From: Candidatus Bathyarchaeota archaeon
Lineage (GTDB): Archaea; Thermoproteota; Bathyarchaeia; Bathyarchaeales; Bathycorpusculaceae
Direction: 5' to 3'
DNA length: 64,000 nt
NCBI GenBank assembly: GCA_963828195.1
Contig: CAWHDT010000005.1
Coordinates: 832,001 to 896,000 of the forward strand
Of this stretch, positions 58,599 to 64,000 are shown one piece after another. Made by a program: the position numbers and the translations under genes. Each line of letters starts with the position of its first letter. The stretch's first letter is position 1. The notes under the pieces are model-generated. The model had not been told where the DNA came from and searched no databases. It saw only the letters and a list, made by a program, of their open reading frames with translations.

Positions 58599-59762
58599 AT
58601 GGGTTTACGTAAGAGACTTAGAGACTTAAGAAATTGGTGTCCAGAACCGCCAACCCCCAAAAAACCAAACAGCTACCTATCGTTTCCCAGAGAAAAAAGT
58701 ATTCGGCATTCTTTATGGTTTAAAATTTTGGTTGTAACAGGGATAACTGTCGTTCTTGTGGCGGCATTGTTTGGCTACATGTTTTTCCAAAATGCAGTTT
58801 CCCAGCAGCCCGCACAGAATGTTTACGCGACTAACCCAATCAACGCCATAGTCATAAATGCTGACGGCACGGTTTCGCCGGGGGCTTCGGGCACCATGCC
58901 GATTTCAAGCAGCGGAAACGTCTACTACATAAATGGCGCTTTAGAAGACGAACTTATCGTAGAGAAAAACAATATTGTGATAGATGGGTCAGGTTTAGCC
59001 AGCACATTTAACGGTAATTACCCCAATCAAAACATCATTCAACTGCAAGGGGTCAACAACGTAACAGTTGAAAATGTCGAAATCAGCCCAGCCTTCTATC
59101 TAATCTACCTTGATGATGCTTCAAACTGCAAAGTAGAAAACTCGAATTGCAGCCAAATAAACTTGGAAAATTCAAATCACAACGTCATTTTGGACAGCGA
59201 GGCCACTTACGTTTGCAGCCTGCGGACAGCCTCAAACAACACCATCAACAACTGCGGCATCGGCGGCTTTGACATCGAAATGAACTCCAACTACAACGTT
59301 TTCTTGAACAACAACTGCACCCTGGATAATTCAAACCGCATAACGCTTTATGACGCATCATACAACCTGTTTTTCGGCAACACCTTTGGGACCTGCTTCC
59401 GATGGGTATACATGGGCACCTCCGACAAAGGCGCCACTACAGGTAACCTGTTTGTTGCAAACAACGTCACCACAGGCAAATTAATTATTCCAGACATCTT
59501 GGTGGGGAAGAACACTTTTTACCACAACAACTTTATCGATTTCGCTTGGAACGGCTCCGCCACCACCGACTCAGCCAACACATGGAGCAGCAACGGGCAA
59601 GGCAACTACTGGAGCAACTATAACGGAACAGGCACCAACGGCGTAGGCACCACACCTTACATCATTGATGCAACCAACCGAGACGATTATCCCTTACTGG
59701 AGCCAGTTAATATTTCACAGGAAAATATTCCAACAGGCTACTTATCAGAGTTAGGCGAGTAG
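58599..59762 (+). CDS. RxWCP-leader membrane protein with NosD/parallel beta-helix domain
   Basis: MGLRKRLRDLRNWCPEPP, TM, INADGTV, FYHNNF, GNYWSNYNG...DDYPL. Confidence 0.88.
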   Translation: MGLRKRLRDLRNWCPEPPTPKKPNSYLSFPREKSIRHSLWFKILVVTGITVVLVAALFGYMFFQNAVSQQPAQNVYATNPINAIVINADGTVSPGASGTMPISSSGNVYYINGALEDELIVEKNNIVIDGSGLASTFNGNYPNQNIIQLQGVNNVTVENVEISPAFYLIYLDDASNCKVENSNCSQINLENSNHNVILDSEATYVCSLRTASNNTINNCGIGGFDIEMNSNYNVFLNNNCTLDNSNRITLYDASYNLFFGNTFGTCFRWVYMGTSDKGATTGNLFVANNVTTGKLIIPDILVGKNTFYHNNFIDFAWNGSATTDSANTWSSNGQGNYWSNYNGTGTNGVGTTPYIIDATNRDDYPLLEPVNISQENIPTGYLSELGE

Positions 59763-59765
59763 TTT

Positions 59766-59816
59766 ATGGGTTCTCGCAACGATTTAGAAATTGGTGTCCA
59801 TCCAGTGCCAAAATGA
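59766..59816 (+). pseudogene. Degenerate third RxWCP leader
   Basis: atgggt..., then agaaattggtgtcca identical to 58629-58643 but out of frame, followed by an early stop. Confidence 0.6.
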
Positions 59817-59935
59817 TGAAAGATAACCCTGCGAAAGATAATTTTTTAGTTTAATCCTTTATTGTTGATTTTGACGAGCTAAACTTAGCTCTTACTTTTT
59901 ATATGAAGTACCCATTTAACTAAGAGCAGATCAAA

Positions 59936-60028
59936 ATGAAGTCTTCCACCAAAAAAATTTTAGTCATAGGCATTATTGTGCTTTTTATAGCTTCAACCGT
60001 AGTGGGCGCGCTCGCTGGAATAATATAA
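59936..60028 (+). CDS. Putative 30-aa membrane micro-protein
   Basis: MKSSTKKILVIGIIVLFIASTVVGALAGII; TATA-like tttatat ~35 nt upstream. Confidence 0.5.
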   Translation: MKSSTKKILVIGIIVLFIASTVVGALAGII

Positions 60029-60144
60029 TTTCCTGCGCATTTCAAATAAATTCTAAAATCTTATAGAGTGCCTTTTCGCTGAAAAATCGACAACGTTTGG
60101 GTGTATAAAATTTGATTGCATGGACAACCACCACTAAAACCGTT

Positions 60145-60474
60145 TTATGTTTTGCACGTGATGGCGGTTGGAATGATTGTTTTTAACTCGACGAAATACG
60201 CCCTCAGCATGCTCTGCCCTTTTTGTGTGATTCGATATTGCTTTCGGGGTTTTCCTTGGGCGAGCTCCCAGCTTGAAGCGATGAGCCCCTGATTCTGCAG
60301 GTGTTTTAGTTCTGTGTACAGAGTTGAGGGTCCTAATCGTACGCCGAATTTTTTATCGACTGCCTTGAAAAGGGCGTAGCCGTGCAGGCCTCGGTCGGAT
60401 GTGTCGTTTATTATGTTGAGCAGGATGCTTTCGAGGATGGCACCGCGGAAGATTTTTTTGTTTAAAGTGTTCAT
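60145..60474 (-). CDS. PadR-family regulator
   Basis: HGYAL...GPSTLYTEL..L...GLI.S.W...RKQYRITQKG. Confidence 0.92.
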   Translation of the reverse strand: MNTLNKKIFRGAILESILLNIINDTSDRGLHGYALFKAVDKKFGVRLGPSTLYTELKHLQNQGLIASSWELAQGKPRKQYRITQKGQSMLRAYFVELKTIIPTAITCKT

Positions 60475-60725
60475 TTTTCTTTTCTCCTTGAATGGGTTTG
60501 TAACCCCAAAAAATTAGTACATATCTTAAGAGTGACGACTGTAGATATAAAATAATGTTGTAGCTACATGCCTACCACAAGTATTGTAACCCGCTAAACC
60601 TATGCGAAGTGGAGTTCGCAAGCCCTACACCAATGTTGACAAAGTACGTTAATTGATTTTTCAAAAAGCTATAATATACATCCAAGCGATAACGAGCTTC
60701 CATAACATCCAAGAAGGGAGAGAAA

Positions 60726-62840
60726 ATGAAAACACGCGATTTAGGAAACATATTGGCTTCTATAAGTCTTAAGAGGATTGCAAAGCCGTCAGTTCTGTGC
60801 ATCATCGCAATCTTTGTCATAAGCACACTTACAGTTTTGGGCTCAACCGGAGTACAGGCAGCAACAGCGACAGCAACGCTTCCGCTGCACACTTCAGGAA
60901 GCCAGATACTTAACTCAAACAACAACCCAGTCTACCTGCGCGGCATGGGCATAGCCGGAATGACGCCCGACCTCATCCTATGGGGAACAGGCGGCGGCGA
61001 CAGCTGGGGTGACCAGTGGGGGTCAGCCTCGTCAACAGCAGTAACTCAAACGTTTACGGAGTTGTCAACAGTCTGGGACGTTAACATGATACGCGTCTTT
61101 ATTTACCCTGAGTGGTGGATGCTAAACGGCGCTGATGGCACTGCAAACGGGGAAAACGTGCAGAGTTACGTTGAAACCTTAGCTAGTGAAGCTGAAGCAG
61201 CCGGTATCTACATTGACATCGTGCCCTACCAGTTAACTGCCTGCTCGGGCTCATTTAGCTCAGACCCGTATCTAACACCTAACCAGGCAGGATCCCAAGG
61301 ACTGCCTATGTGCGGCAACTGGGACAGTGCAGGGCAAGCATTTTTGAGCTATGAAGAGAGCCAAAACGGCTACGCTAACGAACAGGCATTCTGGACTGCA
61401 TACTGGACGTCTATGGCTAACGCATTAAAGGCTTATCCGAACGTGATCTTTGAGGCTTGGAATGAGCCTATGGGTTCATCTACCAACACGGTGACTTCCG
61501 GGTACATGACTTACCTAACCACGATGTACAATGCAATTCGAGGCACAGGCGCAACCAACTTGATTTTCATGCAGTGGAACTGCGGATGGGAACCAAACGT
61601 TGGCCAAACACTGGGCTGGGCATCAGCTATATCTTCAGCGATCGGAAGCCCAACGAATTTGGCTTTTACAACGCACCTCTACTACTACGCGCCCTCTGAT
61701 CTTACTCAGTTTTGGGATTCAAGCGGAAGCGACTCTTCAGGCGTTCCTATGACTGAGGCTCAGCTTGAAACGCAGCTGCAGGGCTTACAAAGCGGCATGG
61801 ACGTCACCGCGCCACTGGTCATTAATGAGGAAGGCTCATGCCTATCATCATCCAGCAATACCGCTAATGATGCGACTTGGTGGACTAATCTGCTCACAGC
61901 CCAGTACTCATGTGGAATCGGCGCAGGGGCATACTATTGGCTAAGCAGCAGCGGACTTGGCGGAACCTACGACGGCGAAGAACTACTGACAAGCGGGTAC
62001 ACACCAGATACAATGGGACAAGAATACATCAACGCATACGCAGCGACAACAACCTCCACACCAACCCCAACGGCAACACCGACACCAACCGCAACCCCGG
62101 ACCCGACACCAACGCCAGCACCAACCTCCACACCAACACCAACTCCAACCCCAACACCAAAACCAACAGCAACACCAACCCCAACCTCAACACCCACGCC
62201 TACTCCAGTGCCGACCGCGAAGCCAACTCACAGACATTCTTCAACAACAGTACCAACTCCAGCGCCAACGGCAACTCCAACCCCCACTCCAGCTCCAACA
62301 GCAACACCCAACCCAACACCAACCCCTGCACCAACGGCAACTCCAGTTCCCACTCCTACTCCAACTCCTACTTCAACATCTGCTCCAACCGCAACACCCA
62401 ACCCAACACCAACTCCAGCATCAACGCCAACTCCAATTCCAGTTTCAACACAAACGTCAACTCCTACTCCAACCCCAGCACCGACAGATAACCCGACGCC
62501 TAACGACATCACAGCACCTGCGAATTTCCCGACGCCAGTTGTAATCTCTGCACAAATTCCAGAATCAACTCCGTCTCCGCCAATGGAGCCAACTCCACCA
62601 TCACAAACAACGAGGACATCGACATCCCTAGTAGTTCAGCTAAATCAACCTACAACAGCTCCATCGACGCCAGAAAAAACTAAAACTACTTTGCCAACGC
62701 ACCCAAGACCTGATCCGAAAATCACGTCAAAACACCTACACCCGCCACACAAACATTACCGCCAAAATGCTCCCAGAAACGCGGGGTACACCTTCAGCAA
62801 GTCACGATTTAACAATGTCATTTTATTTCTAAAACTCTAA
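60726..62840 (+). CDS. Secreted glycoside hydrolase family 5 (cellulase-like) with long Pro/Thr tail
   Basis: LHTSGSQI...LRG, NMIRV, WNEP (acid/base), H-x-Y, NEEG (nucleophile); PT-rich C-terminal third. Confidence 0.88.
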   Translation: MKTRDLGNILASISLKRIAKPSVLCIIAIFVISTLTVLGSTGVQAATATATLPLHTSGSQILNSNNNPVYLRGMGIAGMTPDLILWGTGGGDSWGDQWGSASSTAVTQTFTELSTVWDVNMIRVFIYPEWWMLNGADGTANGENVQSYVETLASEAEAAGIYIDIVPYQLTACSGSFSSDPYLTPNQAGSQGLPMCGNWDSAGQAFLSYEESQNGYANEQAFWTAYWTSMANALKAYPNVIFEAWNEPMGSSTNTVTSGYMTYLTTMYNAIRGTGATNLIFMQWNCGWEPNVGQTLGWASAISSAIGSPTNLAFTTHLYYYAPSDLTQFWDSSGSDSSGVPMTEAQLETQLQGLQSGMDVTAPLVINEEGSCLSSSSNTANDATWWTNLLTAQYSCGIGAGAYYWLSSSGLGGTYDGEELLTSGYTPDTMGQEYINAYAATTTSTPTPTATPTPTATPDPTPTPAPTSTPTPTPTPTPKPTATPTPTSTPTPTPVPTAKPTHRHSSTTVPTPAPTATPTPTPAPTATPNPTPTPAPTATPVPTPTPTPTSTSAPTATPNPTPTPASTPTPIPVSTQTSTPTPTPAPTDNPTPNDITAPANFPTPVVISAQIPESTPSPPMEPTPPSQTTRTSTSLVVQLNQPTTAPSTPEKTKTTLPTHPRPDPKITSKHLHPPHKHYRQNAPRNAGYTFSKSRFNNVILFLKL

Positions 62841-63349
62841 AAAATTCCTTTCTTTTTGGTAAAACCGAAAAAGAGCAATTGGCACGCCATCACTTCAACG
62901 TTTCTAACAGGTTGGGTTTCTGATCCTGAAACGTTAAAATCTTTTAAAATTCAAATAACCGTTGAATTTAGAATAACAAGCCTGGGTGGGTCAGCGATAT
63001 TTGACGATTTCTCACAGCTTAGGGCTCGAAGCCGTCGCCTCACATCATCCCGACCCCTAACAGGGGGCTTGGAGAATTTATCTATTTTGTTGAGCCAAAA
63101 AGCATTTTTTGCCTTTTGTTTGCAGTACGATTGACCTATTTTAATGCTGCCTCAAAATTTTGGTTCCACTAGCACAGCGGCAGCTGAAAAAGCCGTTAGT
63201 GTGCACGGAATTGGTGGAAAAAATGTGCAGGCTGCATGTTTGTTTCAAGGCTGTATGCTCTAGATTAACGACATTTGACGAATCTAAATGTTTAAACTGC
63301 CGAGGGGATAGGGTAGTTTTAAGCGTGTTATGTGAGGTGAAAAAGAGAT

Positions 63350-63418
63350 ATGATATTCGAAGAGGAAGATGAATGGGAAGAAGGCGAAGATGAGGAATGG
63401 GAAGAGGAAGAATGGTAA
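63350..63418 (+). CDS. Putative 22-aa ultra-acidic Trp-periodic peptide
   Basis: MIFEEEDEWEEGEDEEWEEEEW with strong RBS gaggtga 9 nt upstream. Confidence 0.5.
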   Translation: MIFEEEDEWEEGEDEEWEEEEW

Positions 63419-63534
63419 ACTAGCCGTAAGGTAATTTCAACATATTTTTCTTTTAAGTTTGAAAAAAAGTCATTTTTAAGCCTGTTTCCGTAATACTTAA
63501 AGGTATATACGCGTAGTATATACAACGAGAGAAT

Positions 63535-63762
63535 ATGACTCAAACGGTTTTCACTGTCAAAATTCCTGAAAAGCTAAAGAAGGAAATGAAAGAAATCGAC
63601 GGCATAAATTGGAGCGAGTATATCCGCGAATGCCTACAAACAAAAGTGAATCAGCGAAAAATGAAAGCAGCCTCCGATAAACTAGATGAAATCCGAAAAC
63701 GCAGCAAGCCGACATCTACCGCGGAAATTGTAGCTTGGATTCGAGAAGATAGGGAACGATAG
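63535..63762 (+). CDS. RHH-type VapB antitoxin
   Basis: VFTVKIPEKLKKEM...INWSEYIR...IREDRER. Confidence 0.88.
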   Translation: MTQTVFTVKIPEKLKKEMKEIDGINWSEYIRECLQTKVNQRKMKAASDKLDEIRKRSKPTSTAEIVAWIREDRER

Positions 63763-63769
63763 GCTTTTC

Positions 63770-64000
63770 ATGCATGTTGTAGATGCAAGCGTTGTCGTAA
63801 AATGGGTGCTTCCTGGCGAACCCTATGAGGTAAGAGCATTAAAACTGAAGCAGGATCACTTGTCAGAAATTACTCATTTGTTTGCACCCTCATTTATGCT
63901 GCATGAAGTTGCTAATTCACTTTGGAAGGCAGTACGACAAGGAAGAATTACTCAAAAGGACGCCTCCGAAGCCTTGGAGGCGTTGAATAACCTGCATGTT
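63770..64000 (+). CDS. vapC: PIN-domain VapC toxin, 3' partial
   Basis: MHVVDASVVVKWVLPGE...EVANSLWKA; runs off the window. Confidence 0.88.
   Translation, partial: MHVVDASVVVKWVLPGEPYEVRALKLKQDHLSEITHLFAPSFMLHEVANSLWKAVRQGRITQKDASEALEALNNLHV

Noticed and set aside
62040-62500. Tandem repeats resembling an array, plus VGVG antisense ORFs (also 5600-5870)
   Set aside because: These are Pro/Thr linker codons. There is no constant repeat with unique spacers, so not CRISPR.

Overview
64-kb window of an archaeal chromosome. The S19e/L39e/L31e, Rpp21, thermosome, Cgi121, TrmY and class III pilin genes are archaeal; overall style suggests Bathyarchaeia, which is inference. From left to right: a type IV pilus locus; a HerA-like ATPase; two convergent surface-protein genes (one a 1481-aa pilin-headed adhesin) behind an identical 131-bp inverted promoter/leader; a flippase and dTDP-rhamnose genes; the rpp21-yhbY-S19e-L39e-L31e cluster, interrupted by a ~6-kb quinone/respiratory cassette (MenA-like, quinone methyltransferase, blue-copper protein, cytochrome b, cytochrome-b5/Tat/Rieske fusion); a CheB-CheR-PAS-kinase; and thermosome/trxB between two perfect 202-bp inverted copies of a dispersed GAA/TTC hairpin element. 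Further right: three VapBC-type loci (one bracketed by a 23-bp tRNA-Thr repeat); a XamI-like R-M pair bracketed by a duplicated gene end; a HAMP/roadblock/pilin cluster; an HTH gene followed by membrane proteins sharing an RxWCP leader; a GH5 with a long PT tail; and several unannotated micro-ORFs. No CRISPR array, rRNA, transposase or integrase was seen. Family calls come from motif recognition by eye; no database searches were run.
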